A DNA stretch of 64,000 nucleotides, taken from positions 64,300-128,299 of the forward strand of contig JBDHLB010000002.1 of the NCBI GenBank assembly GCA_039586095.1, written 5' to 3'. The DNA comes from Gemmatimonadota bacterium (lineage in GTDB: Bacteria; Gemmatimonadota; Gemmatimonadetes; Palauibacterales; Palauibacteraceae). How positions within the stretch are numbered: the stretch's first letter is position 1; the number at the start of each line of letters is the position of its first letter. Below are positions 33,192 to 42,627 of this stretch, piece after piece. The notes beneath the pieces were generated by a model. The model did no database searches. It was not told the DNA's origin and was given only the letters and a program-made list of their open reading frames with translations. A program made the translations under genes and the position numbers.

Positions 33192-36010
33192 CAGGTCGCC
33201 TCTTTCGCTCCCGCGAAGTCGCCCGCGCGGATGATTACCCAGCGGGCCGGGTCCACCCAGCGCCGCATGGCCTCGTTCACCGCCTCCGGTGTGAGATTGG
33301 AGATCGCCGCCTCGATCTCTGCGGTGAACTCCATCGTGCGATCCAGGAACAGATTGTCCGCCAGCTGTCTCGCCAGCGTGTTGTCGGAACTCCGCTGGTT
33401 CTGCACGCGGTCCAGGTAGCCCGTAATCGCGGCCTCGACCTCTTCGGCCGTGAAGCCCGTCTCGAGCATCTTCCTGATCTCGTCATTGAACGCCTCCACC
33501 ACCCGGTCGGCGTTTTCGGGCGCGTAGATGGCGAACGCGAGCAGCACGCCCCGTTCGTCGAGCGAGTTCACCTGGAAGCGCGAGCCCACGCCGTAGGACA
33601 GGCCCTCCTCCTGCCGAATCCGCGTGGCGAGACGGCTGTTCAGGAAGCCGCCACCCAGCATGTAGTTGCCGAGCACCAGCGCGGGATAGTCGGGATGGTC
33701 ATCCCGCATCTCCATGGGCAGCCCGGCGATCATGAAGGCGTTCGCCTTGTCGGGCGTCTCGATGTCCATCTCGAGCGGCTCGACGTCGCGGAAGGGCCGG
33801 TCGAAGCGAACGTATGCCTCATCGCTCGTCCAGTCGCCGAAGATCTCCTCCACCAGCGGCCGGATCTCCGCAGGGTCGAAGTCGCCGACCACCGCCATTG
33901 TGCCGCCCTGAGCGCCGTAGAACGAGCCGTAGAAGGCACTCGCTTCCTCGACCGTGACGGTCTTCAGGTTCTCGGCCGCCTCGGCGAGCGTCGGCGTGTA
34001 CTCGGGGTGGCCCTCGGGCCATGGGTTCAGGTGTCGGCCGAACTCCACGCTCGCCTTGGCCGTGGGCTCGGACATCTGACTCTCGAGCTGCGCCAGCCGT
34101 TCCTCGCGCACCAGCTCGAACTCGTCGGCGTCGAACACGGGGTCCCTCATCACCTTGCCCAGCAGGCGCATCAGCTCGGGCAGGTTCTCGCGAACGGTCT
34201 GAATGGTGACCTGGGCCGACGTCGCCCCGCCGCTGGAGTTTATCTGTGCCTTGAGGCGGGCGAACTCGTCCCGGATCTGCTCGCGGGTCATGGTGCTCGT
34301 TCCACGGCCCAGCATCTCGGCGGCGAGCTCGGCGGCCGTCTGCGTGCCCATCAGCGCCTCTTCGGTGCCGAAACGAAGCTGGGCGGTCATGACGACCGTC
34401 TCGCCCCGGTTTTCCTTGGGCAGGAAGGCGACCTCGAACCCGTTGGACAGTTCGAACCGCTCGGTGCGCGCGTCGACGTTGGCCGGGGTCGGGTCGAACG
34501 TCTCGCCGGCGGCCACTGCCTCGCCACCCGTGTAATCGGCAACCAGCGTGGCGACATCCGGGGTAGGTGGAATCTCCGCGCGGAGCGGCTCTTCTTCCGT
34601 GGGAATGAAGAACCCGAGCGTCCGGTTGGACGGCTTCAGATACGCCTCGGCGACGCGGGCCACGTCGGCCGGCGTCACTTCCTTCAGCCGGTCTCGGTGC
34701 AGGAAGAAGAGTCGCCAGTCGCCCATCGACGCCCACTCACTGACGCCCAGCGCGATCCGCTGCGTGTTGCGGAACTGGAGATCGATGTTGCTGAGGAACT
34801 GCGTGCGGGCCCGCTCCACCTCTTCTTCCGTCGGCGGGTTCGCGATCAGGTCGTCGATCGTTGCCAGCATCGTCTCGGTCGCCCCGTCGAGCGAATCCTC
34901 GAGACGAACCTGCGCGAACGCCATCAGCCCGCCCGGCTCCCTCAACTGGAACGAGAAGGCAGCGGTGCTGGCGGCCAGTCCGGGCTCGACCAGGGCCTTG
35001 TACAGGCGACCCGAGGGCTCGTTGCCCAGCACGTGAGTGAGGATTTGAACGGCCGGGTAGTCCTCGTGCGAGCCCGCCGGCACGTGATAGACGGCCATCG
35101 CGAGCTGGACATCGCCCACCCGACGAAGAGTGACCGTGCGCTCGCCATCCTGGGCTGGCTCGGCCGTATAGGTGGGCCACAGCTTCATGGTCCCGGTGCG
35201 CTCGGGACGCGGAATCACCCCGAACTTCTCCGCGATCAGCTCGAGCGCTCGCGCCTCGTCGAACCGGCCGGCCACCATCAGAATCGCGTTATCCGGCTGA
35301 TAGTACTTCCGGTAAAAGGCCTGCAGCCGCTCGATCGGCACGTTCTCGATGTCCGCCCGTGCGCCGATCGTCGAGTTCCCATAGTTGTGCCACTGGAACG
35401 CCGTCGATTGAACGCGCTTCTGAAGCACGCGGAATGGGCTGTTCTCGCCCGACTCCCACTCGTTGCGGACCACGGTCATCTCGGAGTCGAGGTCCTCCTT
35501 CGCGATGAAGGAGTTCACCATGCGATCCGCTTCGAGATCGAGCGCCCACTCCAGGTTCTCATCGGTAGCAGGGAAGGTCTCGAAGTAGTTCGTGCGATCG
35601 AACCAGGTGGTCCCGTTGGGGAGGGCGCCACGCTCCGTCAGTTCCTGAGGGATGTTCGGGTGGTTCGGCGTGCCCTTGAACACGAGGTGTTCGAGAAGGT
35701 GTGCCATCCCGGTCTCGCCGTACGATTCGTGCCGCGAGCCGACCAGGTACGTGATGTTGACCGTGATCCGCTGCCGGCTCTGGTCCGGGAAGAGCAGCAC
35801 CCGGAGTCCGTTGTCGAGCGTGTACTCGGTGATCCCCTCGACCGTCACACCCTGCGTGATCCCCGCTGGAAGCGCCTGGGTCGCCTGCGCCTCCTGGGCG
35901 TGAACCGTCGTCGGCATGGCGGCGGTCGCGACGATCGCCGCCATCGCCGCCGCCGTTATGGTGGCCATCAGGGCCGGGTGACTCCGACCCATCGTGTCCG
36001 ATCGCATCAT
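33191..36010 (-). CDS. M16 (pitrilysin/insulinase) family zinc peptidase, double-length, secreted
   Basis: ATG 36010 or 36007 (MMRSD...). Signal peptide '...AAMPTTVHAQE'. Inverted zinc motif 'HLLEHLVFKGT' (HxxEH). About 939 aa, spanning two M16/M16_C pairs. Confidence 0.85.
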   Translation of the reverse strand: MMRSDTMGRSHPALMATITAAAMAAIVATAAMPTTVHAQEAQATQALPAGITQGVTVEGITEYTLDNGLRVLLFPDQSRQRITVNITYLVGSRHESYGETGMAHLLEHLVFKGTPNHPNIPQELTERGALPNGTTWFDRTNYFETFPATDENLEWALDLEADRMVNSFIAKEDLDSEMTVVRNEWESGENSPFRVLQKRVQSTAFQWHNYGNSTIGARADIENVPIERLQAFYRKYYQPDNAILMVAGRFDEARALELIAEKFGVIPRPERTGTMKLWPTYTAEPAQDGERTVTLRRVGDVQLAMAVYHVPAGSHEDYPAVQILTHVLGNEPSGRLYKALVEPGLAASTAAFSFQLREPGGLMAFAQVRLEDSLDGATETMLATIDDLIANPPTEEEVERARTQFLSNIDLQFRNTQRIALGVSEWASMGDWRLFFLHRDRLKEVTPADVARVAEAYLKPSNRTLGFFIPTEEEPLRAEIPPTPDVATLVADYTGGEAVAAGETFDPTPANVDARTERFELSNGFEVAFLPKENRGETVVMTAQLRFGTEEALMGTQTAAELAAEMLGRGTSTMTREQIRDEFARLKAQINSSGGATSAQVTIQTVRENLPELMRLLGKVMRDPVFDADEFELVREERLAQLESQMSEPTAKASVEFGRHLNPWPEGHPEYTPTLAEAAENLKTVTVEEASAFYGSFYGAQGGTMAVVGDFDPAEIRPLVEEIFGDWTSDEAYVRFDRPFRDVEPLEMDIETPDKANAFMIAGLPMEMRDDHPDYPALVLGNYMLGGGFLNSRLATRIRQEEGLSYGVGSRFQVNSLDERGVLLAFAIYAPENADRVVEAFNDEIRKMLETGFTAEEVEAAITGYLDRVQNQRSSDNTLARQLADNLFLDRTMEFTAEIEAAISNLTPEAVNEAMRRWVDPARWVIIRAGDFAGAKEAT

Positions 36011-36241
36011 TCTCGCTTCCTGTCTGTTATGGCTCTCTCGCGAGGTCTTCTCAGAGGTTCTCTCCGGGAGTGGCGGCCGTCGGCCGGACGCCCGCCAAAA
36101 CCTGAGGAGGCGCGGGCCGGGACAGTTGGCCTGCGCCGGAGTTCTAATTGTATCGAAACCGCGCGGGGGGGGCGAGGTTCCGCGATGCGATTCCACTCGT
36201 CCGAGGCCTCGAGAACACTCAGCCGAAAGCGTACGATCCGC

Positions 36242-36643
36242 TCAGCGTAACACTTCCACAGTTGCGCTGTGTCCGGGGACGGTTGCCAGGGCGGAGTCGA
36301 GGGTGAGGAGCGGGGCTTCGAGCGCCTCGGCAAGAGCGAGGTAGGCCGCATCGTAGGCGCTCGCGTTGTGCCGCAGCTCCCAGATGCGGGGAAGCAGCAG
36401 CTGGTGCGAATAGCGTTCGAGAGGCATACGCGCGAGGTCCTCGACAGCCTGGCGGCCTCGGGGTGCAGACACCTCGCCGAATCGTCTGTACCGGCGGAGC
36501 ACCTGCGCCACTTCGACGTCCAGCAGGTGCGGGGCGTGCATCGTCTGCTCGACAGCGAAACACCGGTCGGCGATCGCGCTCGCCGATTCGACATCGGTCT
36601 TCAGCAACAACTCCACGATCGCCGACGCGTCGACGACAATCAC
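36242..36643 (-). CDS. vapC: VapC PIN-domain toxin (module 1)
   Basis: GTG 36643 overlaps the vapB stop (GTGA). PIN acidic residues in 'VIVVDASA', 'LDVEV', 'AYDAAY' and 'LLTLD'. Confidence 0.8.
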   Translation of the reverse strand: MIVVDASAIVELLLKTDVESASAIADRCFAVEQTMHAPHLLDVEVAQVLRRYRRFGEVSAPRGRQAVEDLARMPLERYSHQLLLPRIWELRHNASAYDAAYLALAEALEAPLLTLDSALATVPGHSATVEVLR

Positions 36644-36879
36644 GCTTCGTCTCGTGCCTCGCGCTCGGCGCGGACCGCTTCTGCCGGTGGCTCGGAGACC
36701 TCCACGGTAGCTCGTTCGCCGAGCCTGGCCCGCATCTCCTCCGGTGTGGCTCGCTCGGCCGCGCGGCCGATGATGCCAAGGAGATACTCCGACAGCGACT
36801 GGCCGGCGAGGGCAGCCCGAGCCTTCAGCTGCCGATGCAGGGTGTCGGGTACGTTGCGAACCTGAATCATACGTCCCAT
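36640..36879 (-). CDS. vapB: VapB/FitA-like ribbon-helix-helix antitoxin (module 1)
   Basis: 'MIQVRNVPDTLHRQLKARAALAGQSLSEYLL' is the FitA/Arc-type RHH pattern. It sits directly upstream of the PIN gene. Confidence 0.8.
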   Translation of the reverse strand: MGRMIQVRNVPDTLHRQLKARAALAGQSLSEYLLGIIGRAAERATPEEMRARLGERATVEVSEPPAEAVRAEREARDEA

Positions 36880-36886
36880 GTTCTAT

Positions 36887-36914
36887 ACATGCGTACATGC
36901 ATTATGCATGTCAA
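36887..36914 (-). promoter_or_regulatory. Promoter/operator candidate of vapBC module 1
   Basis: On the minus strand, TTGACA (36914-36909) lies 29 nt before the ATG, with no SD. A 7-bp-arm palindrome acatgca-tta-tgcatgt (36895-36911) and a direct repeat acatgc (36887-36892 and 36895-36900) overlap it. Confidence 0.45.
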
Positions 36915-36996
36915 GCCAGCGGCAGGACTTCCCCATCGAAGAGGCCGTCGCCGCTCGGGTGATGCAGGATGGGGGAAGGGATCAACCGCAGCTCAC

Positions 36997-37563
36997 CTAC
37001 GGGGTCTGCACGCCGTCCTCATCCTCCAGCTTCGTGAGCTTCAGGGTGCCGCGGAGGTTCCGATCGAACGTCTGTTCTTCGCTGGAGCGCTTCACGCACA
37101 TCCGCGCGCCCGTGGAGGGGTTCGTCGCGTAGCGGATGCACTCTCCCGGCACGATGCGGGTGTCGGTGATCTGCCAGGAGGCGTAGCCCTCGAGCCCGCT
37201 GACATCACGACGGACCACGAGATTCAGGCCCCGGCACGTCAGCGTGAGGCGATTGCCGCGCAGACGCGCTCTGGCTCCACCCTTCAGCTCTCTGCCTTCG
37301 TAGACCCGCGTGCACCGGTTCCCGCTGCCCGGCGAGAACATGAATCGGACCGAGTACTCGTCGAGGCTGTGAAGCACGAGATATCCCTCGACCTGCTGTC
37401 CCTCCGAGATCGCATCGAACGAATACCGTCCGACGTACTCGCTCCACTCGGGGAGAGACGTGGACGAGGCACCCGAGCTCGCACAGCCTGCAGTCGCCAA
37501 GAGAGACAGACCGGCGAGGAAGCAGCGGAGGAGGAGCGGGCGCGAGGGAATCTGTCGGAACAT
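36997..37563 (-). CDS. Hypothetical lipoprotein (188 aa)
   Basis: ATG 37563. Signal peptide with lipobox 'LATAGC'. Beta-rich mature part containing four Cys. Confidence 0.65.
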   Translation of the reverse strand: MFRQIPSRPLLLRCFLAGLSLLATAGCASSGASSTSLPEWSEYVGRYSFDAISEGQQVEGYLVLHSLDEYSVRFMFSPGSGNRCTRVYEGRELKGGARARLRGNRLTLTCRGLNLVVRRDVSGLEGYASWQITDTRIVPGECIRYATNPSTGARMCVKRSSEEQTFDRNLRGTLKLTKLEDEDGVQTP

Positions 37564-37693
37564 GGCGTACACCTTGGACGGCGAGGCTGACGAATACAGA
37601 GGGGCCGCACAATTTCCCACGGCACTGTAGCTACACGATCGGTATACCTCGTATGGGGAGAATAGATCGGGGATGCCAGAAGGAGCGGCCCGC

Positions 37694-38335
37694 TTAGGCG
37701 GCCTCCGGCACCCCCATCTCCGGCTCGAAGCGCTCCCGATCCCGGTACACGATCGCAGCCGTCGCGAACACGCCAACCACCAGCATTCCGATGTCCTCGA
37801 GGATACCCCACGAGATCGGCACCACACCCATGAGCGACCACAGCAGCGGGATCGCGAGCACGTACTTCGGGACCCGGCTGGTCGTCAGGAGCAGCAGGCC
37901 CATCGTGAACGCGCACGTTGGGCAGGGAACGAGGCCGAAGGGAAACGACTGTGGCCAGCGGTGTCCGATCGCATAGCCGAAGAGGGGATACCCCACCAGC
38001 GCGTACAAGAGGATGACGAGGCCCGCGACGCCGTAGAAGCCGCGCGTCCACCCGAAGGAGAGCTTGGGCCGCAGCAAGCCGGCATCCACGAACAGGACAG
38101 CCTGAATCACGAAGAGGGCCCCGAACGCGGGGCGGCCCCAGAAGGCGACGTTGAACACGACGCCGACCCACAGCCAGAAGATGGCCAGGATTCCCGCCAC
38201 GAGCTTCGACGAGTGTGCCGTGGGCCGGAAGACAAGCCAGATGGCGGCAAGGCCCAACACGTACGCGACGCCGTGCAGTGGCCACAGGGCGAGGTTGTAG
38301 GCCTCGAGAATCGTCACGAACTCCTGGTAGGTCAT
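37694..38335 (-). CDS. DUF6064-like integral membrane protein
   Basis: 'EFVTILEAYNLALWPLH' and 'LVPCPTCAFTMGLLLL' resemble the DUF6064 family pattern as I remember it. About 6 TM helices. Confidence 0.7.
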   Translation of the reverse strand: MTYQEFVTILEAYNLALWPLHGVAYVLGLAAIWLVFRPTAHSSKLVAGILAIFWLWVGVVFNVAFWGRPAFGALFVIQAVLFVDAGLLRPKLSFGWTRGFYGVAGLVILLYALVGYPLFGYAIGHRWPQSFPFGLVPCPTCAFTMGLLLLTTSRVPKYVLAIPLLWSLMGVVPISWGILEDIGMLVVGVFATAAIVYRDRERFEPEMGVPEAA

Positions 38336-38627
38336 CGGACTCCCTCACAGCTCATGACGTGGATGGAATGACGGGTCCGGACAGAGCCAAGTTAGGGCAT
38401 CTCGGGGAATCGAACAGGCGGCCCGGCTTTCCGATAATATGATTCTCATATCGGCCCGCATGATCTGTGGCTGGCTGCGAGCTGTCTTGCGAGAGGACTG
38501 GCCCTGGTGACTTCGAATGAAAGGGGATTCGATCGCGTACCAGGCCTCGAGCTCGAGGTGTGGAGCGACTGATGCGTTGGCGCCGCGTGCGGCAGCCAGG
38601 AAGCCGAGAGGTGCGACGAAGATGCAT

Positions 38628-38659
38628 GAAGGGGCGGCCCGAAATGGAGCCGCCCCTTC
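38628..38659 (-). terminator. Strong GC hairpin, terminator candidate after the TolB-like gene
   Basis: Perfect 11-bp stem gaaggggcggc / gccgccccttc with a 10-nt loop, ~100 nt downstream of the stop at 38763. The downstream U-tract is only weak (UUCAUGCAUCUUC). Confidence 0.4.
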
Positions 38660-38762
38660 GTGTAGAGGCTGACTGTCGCGCTGATAAGTCGGCCTCACGG
38701 TGCGGGCGCCACGCGGCCACCCGCAGCGTTACATGACTCGGTCGCCCGAAGCGCTCGCCCGC

Positions 38763-40661
38763 CTAGGGCGTTACCGCCGTTACGCGCGCAGCGCTCGGCA
38801 GACCTTCGATCTTCCAGATCTCGCCTTCCCAGTCTCCGCCTCGGAACGCCACCCGCGTCCCATCGGGGCTGAGCTGCAGGCCGCTGAATCCCAAACGCTC
38901 GGGTGCGCCGGTGACGGCGACTGGCGTGCCACCGGTTGCCGCGATCTTCCACAGCTTCGACGCGTTCATGTCTGCGTTCCAGGTCTGGAAGAGCAGGTGA
39001 TCGCCGTCGGGCGTCCAGGCGACGCTGTTGATCTCGACCCCGATTGGAGGTGTCCCGAGGTACAACTCTCGGACCTCACCTCCGGCCGCAGGCAGCACGG
39101 CCAGGGTGGTTTCGCGCGTCTCGAACTTCCTCGTACCGAGCGCCAGCATCGATCCATCCGGCGAGACACGCATCTCGAGCTGGCCTTCGATCTGGCCGAT
39201 CTCCGCCTCCGTGCCGTCCTTCAGGTTCCGCGCGACGATCGTGTAGGGACCCTGTCGATAGGGGTCGGTCTCCTCGGCACCCTCTTCCTTGTCCGGCCGC
39301 CAGGTGTAGAAGAGCGTCTTCCCATCGGCCGAAAGAGTGAACCAGCGCGGCCCACGGCCGTGCATCTCCTCGTCGAGCAGAATGGGCTCGACCTTGCCGG
39401 TTTCGAGGTCGACGCGGAACACGCCACCCTCGTCGTCGGCAGCGTCGGTCTCACGCCCCGTCATGACCAGGAAGCGGCCATCGGCCGACCAAGCCAGGTG
39501 GCGACTCACGTATTCGAGCGGCTTGTCGAGCACGCGAACTTCCTCGCCGGTGGTGGACCGAATCACCAGCTCATCATTGGCCGCCGTCTGACCTCGTCGC
39601 CGCCCGTACGCGAGGTATTTGCCGTCGGTCGACCACAGCTGGGCCATGCTCTGACCGAGGCCAGGGTCCTCGACCGGAGCGGGCGGACTCGTGATCCGGT
39701 TGGCCACGAGGTCGATGCCAGCCGTTTGCACCTGCGGCATCTTCGTGGTCACGCCGAACAGGAACGCGTCGCGCGCGAAGCCCAAGGGCTCCGCGTAAGG
39801 CACGCCTCCTTTGAGGAGCACGGGCTCACCGGCAGGAAGTCCCTCCGCTACCGGCATCATCCACATCCCCTCCGTGAGGCCCCGGTCGCTGTGGAACAGA
39901 ATGCCGCGGCCGTCAGGCATCCAATCCATCAACCGGTCGGCACCGGCTCCTTTCACCATGGGGACCGGCTCTCCCCCGTCCACCGCCATGACCAGGATGT
40001 CACGCTTCTCCGGCTTCATCCGGGGAGCCGGGTCGAAGGCGACATACCGGCCGTCCGGTGACAGCTTCGCGGAGGAGGCGTAGACGCGGCCTGTCGTATC
40101 CCACTCGGTAATCACCTGCACCGAGCCGTCTTCGACGTCCACGAATCCGATCTCGACCAGATCCTCCTCTCGCCACAACATGGCGAGGAGACGACCGTCC
40201 TCCGTCCAATCCTGAAGCATGGCGTAGAACTCTGAGCCAGGACCGGGGAGGATCGTACGCACGTTCGACCCGTCGATGTTCATTGCGCGGATCTCGTAGC
40301 CGGGCACGTCCTCGTTCCACCACGTGTAGGCGATCTGCGCGCCGTCGGGCGAGAACACGGACGTCTCGGCCCACTCCACTCTGTCGAGCCAGGTGCCCTT
40401 GTCGGTCAGCCTCTTCAGCGTCCCGCTCTCCAGGTCGATGACGGCCAGATCGCCGGTGATCCAATCGATCTCCGACACATAGCGGCCGTCGGGCGAAGCG
40501 TGGGTGGCCCAAAAGTCGGGCTCCTCCCCCTCCCAGACTTTGGTCAGGACCACATCGGGCGTCGTCTCCTGGGCGAGGACGTCGCGCGCGCCGATCGCCA
40601 CACAGAAGGCGAAGAGTGGAAGGAACCACAGCGATCGTAGGTTGCGTCCAAGGCTCTTCAT
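38763..40661 (-). CDS. Secreted TolB-like WD40/PD40 beta-propeller repeat protein
   Basis: ATG 40661 with GGAGGTG upstream. Signal peptide. Repeated PD40 motifs 'SPDGRYVS', 'SPDGAQIAY', 'SPDGRYVAF', 'SADGRFLV', 'SADGKTLFY', 'SPDGSMLAL', 'TPDGDHLLF' and 'SPDGTRVAF'. Confidence 0.85.
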   Translation of the reverse strand: MKSLGRNLRSLWFLPLFAFCVAIGARDVLAQETTPDVVLTKVWEGEEPDFWATHASPDGRYVSEIDWITGDLAVIDLESGTLKRLTDKGTWLDRVEWAETSVFSPDGAQIAYTWWNEDVPGYEIRAMNIDGSNVRTILPGPGSEFYAMLQDWTEDGRLLAMLWREEDLVEIGFVDVEDGSVQVITEWDTTGRVYASSAKLSPDGRYVAFDPAPRMKPEKRDILVMAVDGGEPVPMVKGAGADRLMDWMPDGRGILFHSDRGLTEGMWMMPVAEGLPAGEPVLLKGGVPYAEPLGFARDAFLFGVTTKMPQVQTAGIDLVANRITSPPAPVEDPGLGQSMAQLWSTDGKYLAYGRRRGQTAANDELVIRSTTGEEVRVLDKPLEYVSRHLAWSADGRFLVMTGRETDAADDEGGVFRVDLETGKVEPILLDEEMHGRGPRWFTLSADGKTLFYTWRPDKEEGAEETDPYRQGPYTIVARNLKDGTEAEIGQIEGQLEMRVSPDGSMLALGTRKFETRETTLAVLPAAGGEVRELYLGTPPIGVEINSVAWTPDGDHLLFQTWNADMNASKLWKIAATGGTPVAVTGAPERLGFSGLQLSPDGTRVAFRGGDWEGEIWKIEGLPSAARVTAVTP

Positions 40662-41036
40662 CTCTGCACCTCCGTTGCCTTGGCTGCGGCCGAGATGCCG
40701 TCGGAGCGTCCCCATGTAACCCACACGATCGATGCGATCGATGGACTCGAGGGTCTCGAAAGGGTTCGAGGATCCTCGACGCGCCCCAGGCGACCGAGTT
40801 GCTCGAAGACATCCGGCCTGGGCTAGGACGAGAAGGGAACAGCTCCGTCGGCGCTCAGCACATCTGTCCGGAGGGGCGGCCCGCGCGAAAGGCCGCGCAC
40901 GGCGGAGGCAGAAGCTGCGGAGACGTCACGGCTGCTCGTAAATGCCTCCTCGCATCCAACCCACATTGTAACGTCTGAAAACGCTCCTGTCTGTAGGGAA
41001 AACTCCCTCATTCGTGTGGAGAGATCCCGTACAAGC

Positions 41037-41067
41037 AAAACAAAAGGGTAGGCGGGCGCCCCGGCCT
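41037..41067 (-). terminator. Rho-independent terminator candidate after the OMP gene
   Basis: Hairpin aggc-ggg[cgc]ccc-(g)-gcct at 41050-41067. On the minus strand it is followed by CCCUUUUGUUUUGC (complement of 41036-41049). Confidence 0.55.
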
Positions 41068-41149
41068 GAGTTGTCGAACTGCGGCTTGTACGCAGGCGGT
41101 TCGCCCGCAGCGACTGATCGCCGCGAGCGGCTCAGATGCCGGCGACACC

Positions 41150-41764
41150 TCAGAAGTGGTAGCCGAGCGCCACGGAGGCGCGGTAGTAGAACGTCACGGG
41201 CGAGCTGTCGTCGTAGGCGACGACGCGGAACTCCGGACGGACGGAGACCCGGGGGCTCGCGAAGAGGAAGAGCCCGACACCCACGTTCCCCATCACCGTG
41301 TCTTCGCCCGATTCGCCTGTCAGATCGAGCGGCTCGCCGGACAGATCGATCCGGTCCGTGCTGGACTGGAGCAAGCCGACTCCGCCGATCAGGTACGGCT
41401 GGACCCTCGAGCGGGAGAAACGGATGAGGACGTTCCCTGAGAAGTAAGCGGCGGTCCCTTCGATCCGTACACCGCTGTCGAAGTCACGCGAGTGTGCACC
41501 GCCGTCCACGCCGACCTCGAAGCCCAACACAGACGTCGGAAATACCGCGACAGCGCCGCCGAAGCTCAGGCCGTTCCCGTTGAAGCTCTCGTCGCTCCAG
41601 AAGCCCCCGAGGCCCAGACCGCCGTGCACGCTGACCGTGCGTCCGTACTCCTGGGCATCCAGCGAGACGGGGAGGGAGGTGAGCGCGAGGAGGCTAGCGA
41701 CGACGGCTGTAGATCTCAAAGCGCCAAACGCTCGCCGATCCTCCAGGCATAACCTGATTCGCAT
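41150..41764 (-). CDS. Outer-membrane beta-barrel protein (OmpA-like TM / porin family 8-strand type)
   Basis: ATG 41764. Signal peptide '...SLPVSLDAQE'. Alternating beta-strand pattern. C-terminal 'LGYHF', i.e. a terminal Phe as in OMPs. Confidence 0.75.
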   Translation of the reverse strand: MRIRLCLEDRRAFGALRSTAVVASLLALTSLPVSLDAQEYGRTVSVHGGLGLGGFWSDESFNGNGLSFGGAVAVFPTSVLGFEVGVDGGAHSRDFDSGVRIEGTAAYFSGNVLIRFSRSRVQPYLIGGVGLLQSSTDRIDLSGEPLDLTGESGEDTVMGNVGVGLFLFASPRVSVRPEFRVVAYDDSSPVTFYYRASVALGYHF

Positions 41765-41865
41765 TGTGATTCCCCCGGCGTTCCCTCCGTAGAAACATAC
41801 GTCCGGCACGTCCGGTTCGGGTCTCTTGGGCAGCTGCTTCGGTCCGAGCCCCGGTTGATTCCACG

Positions 41866-41894
41866 TTGACATATTTCTGTATTATCAATATGTG
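41866..41894 (+). promoter_or_regulatory. Sigma70-like promoter of vapBC module 2 (probably leaderless)
   Basis: TTGACA (41866-41871), a 17-nt spacer, TATGTG (41889-41894), then 7 nt to ATG 41902, with no SD. Inverted repeat acatat/atatgt and direct repeat tttctg lie within it. It is the only AT-rich patch locally. Confidence 0.5.
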
Positions 41895-41901
41895 TTTCTG
41901 C

Positions 41902-42141
41902 ATGAGGACCACGCTCAATCTCGATGACGATCTCATGCGGGCAGTGAAAGAGCTGGCGGCGAAGAGCGGACGGACCCTCACGTCTATCGTCGAGTTGGCG
42001 CTGCGTGAGCTGCTGCACCGGGAGAAAGAACCGGAGCGGCCGTTCCGGTTCGAGTGGACCGTGTTGCCGGGCGGCGCTCAGCCAGGAGTGGACCTTACCG
42101 ACCGGGACGCGCTGATCGACCGCATGGAGGGGCGATCATGA
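41902..42141 (+). CDS. vapB: VapB-family antitoxin (DUF2191-like, module 2)
   Basis: 'MRTTLNLDDDLMRAVKELAAKSGRTLTSIVELALRELL' is the typical VapB/DUF2191 N-terminus. Its stop overlaps the vapC ATG (ATGA). Confidence 0.8.
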   Translation: MRTTLNLDDDLMRAVKELAAKSGRTLTSIVELALRELLHREKEPERPFRFEWTVLPGGAQPGVDLTDRDALIDRMEGRS

Positions 42142-42578
42142 TCGCGGTCGACACAAACGTGCTGGTTTACGCACACCGCGCGGGACTGCTTGGACACGAG
42201 CCGGCACTGGCCTGGCTCGGTCACCTCGCGACGGGAAGGGTCCCATGGGGTATTCCCGTCTTCTGCCTGGGCGAGTTTGTCCGTGTGACGACCCATCCCC
42301 GGATTCTCGCCCCGCCATCGACCCTGGAAGAGTCCCTCGCAGCTCTCACTGCGCTGCTGAGCAGCCCGACGGTGCGCGTCTTGAATCCGGGGCCCCGCTA
42401 TCCACAGCTTCTCGAGGAGTCGCTCCGGGTGGCCGATGCTCGCGGAAACCTCGCATTCGACGCGCAGATCGCGGCCGTCTGCCTCGAACAAGGCGCTTCG
42501 CGGCTTCTCACGCTGGACCGCGACTTCACGCGGTTTCCCGACCTCCAGATCGTGAGCCCGGATCAGCCGTCGCACTGA
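42138..42578 (+). CDS. vapC: VapC PIN-domain toxin (module 2)
   Basis: PIN acidic residues in 'MIAVDTNVLVYA', 'CLGEFVRV', 'AFDAQIAA' and 'LLTLDRDF'. Confidence 0.8.
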   Translation: MIAVDTNVLVYAHRAGLLGHEPALAWLGHLATGRVPWGIPVFCLGEFVRVTTHPRILAPPSTLEESLAALTALLSSPTVRVLNPGPRYPQLLEESLRVADARGNLAFDAQIAAVCLEQGASRLLTLDRDFTRFPDLQIVSPDQPSH

Positions 42579-42584
42579 GGACCT

Positions 42585-42618
42585 CTCGAGCCAGCGCGTG
42601 CCTCGAGCCAGCGCGTGC
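42585..42618. repeat. Perfect 17-bp tandem duplication (ctcgagccagcgcgtgc x2)
   Basis: 42585-42601 and 42602-42618 are identical. The pair lies in the 49-nt convergent gap between the vapC stop and the stop of the small minus-strand ORF. Confidence 0.95.
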
Positions 42619-42627
42619 GCGGCATCT

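Noticed and set aside
38370-38545. tRNA-like strings ('ggggaatcgaac', 'ggattcgatc', 'acttcgaat') in the 430-nt gap upstream of the DUF6064-like gene.
   Set aside because: None has complementary T-stem arms or an acceptor or anticodon stem. No cloverleaf can be drawn.
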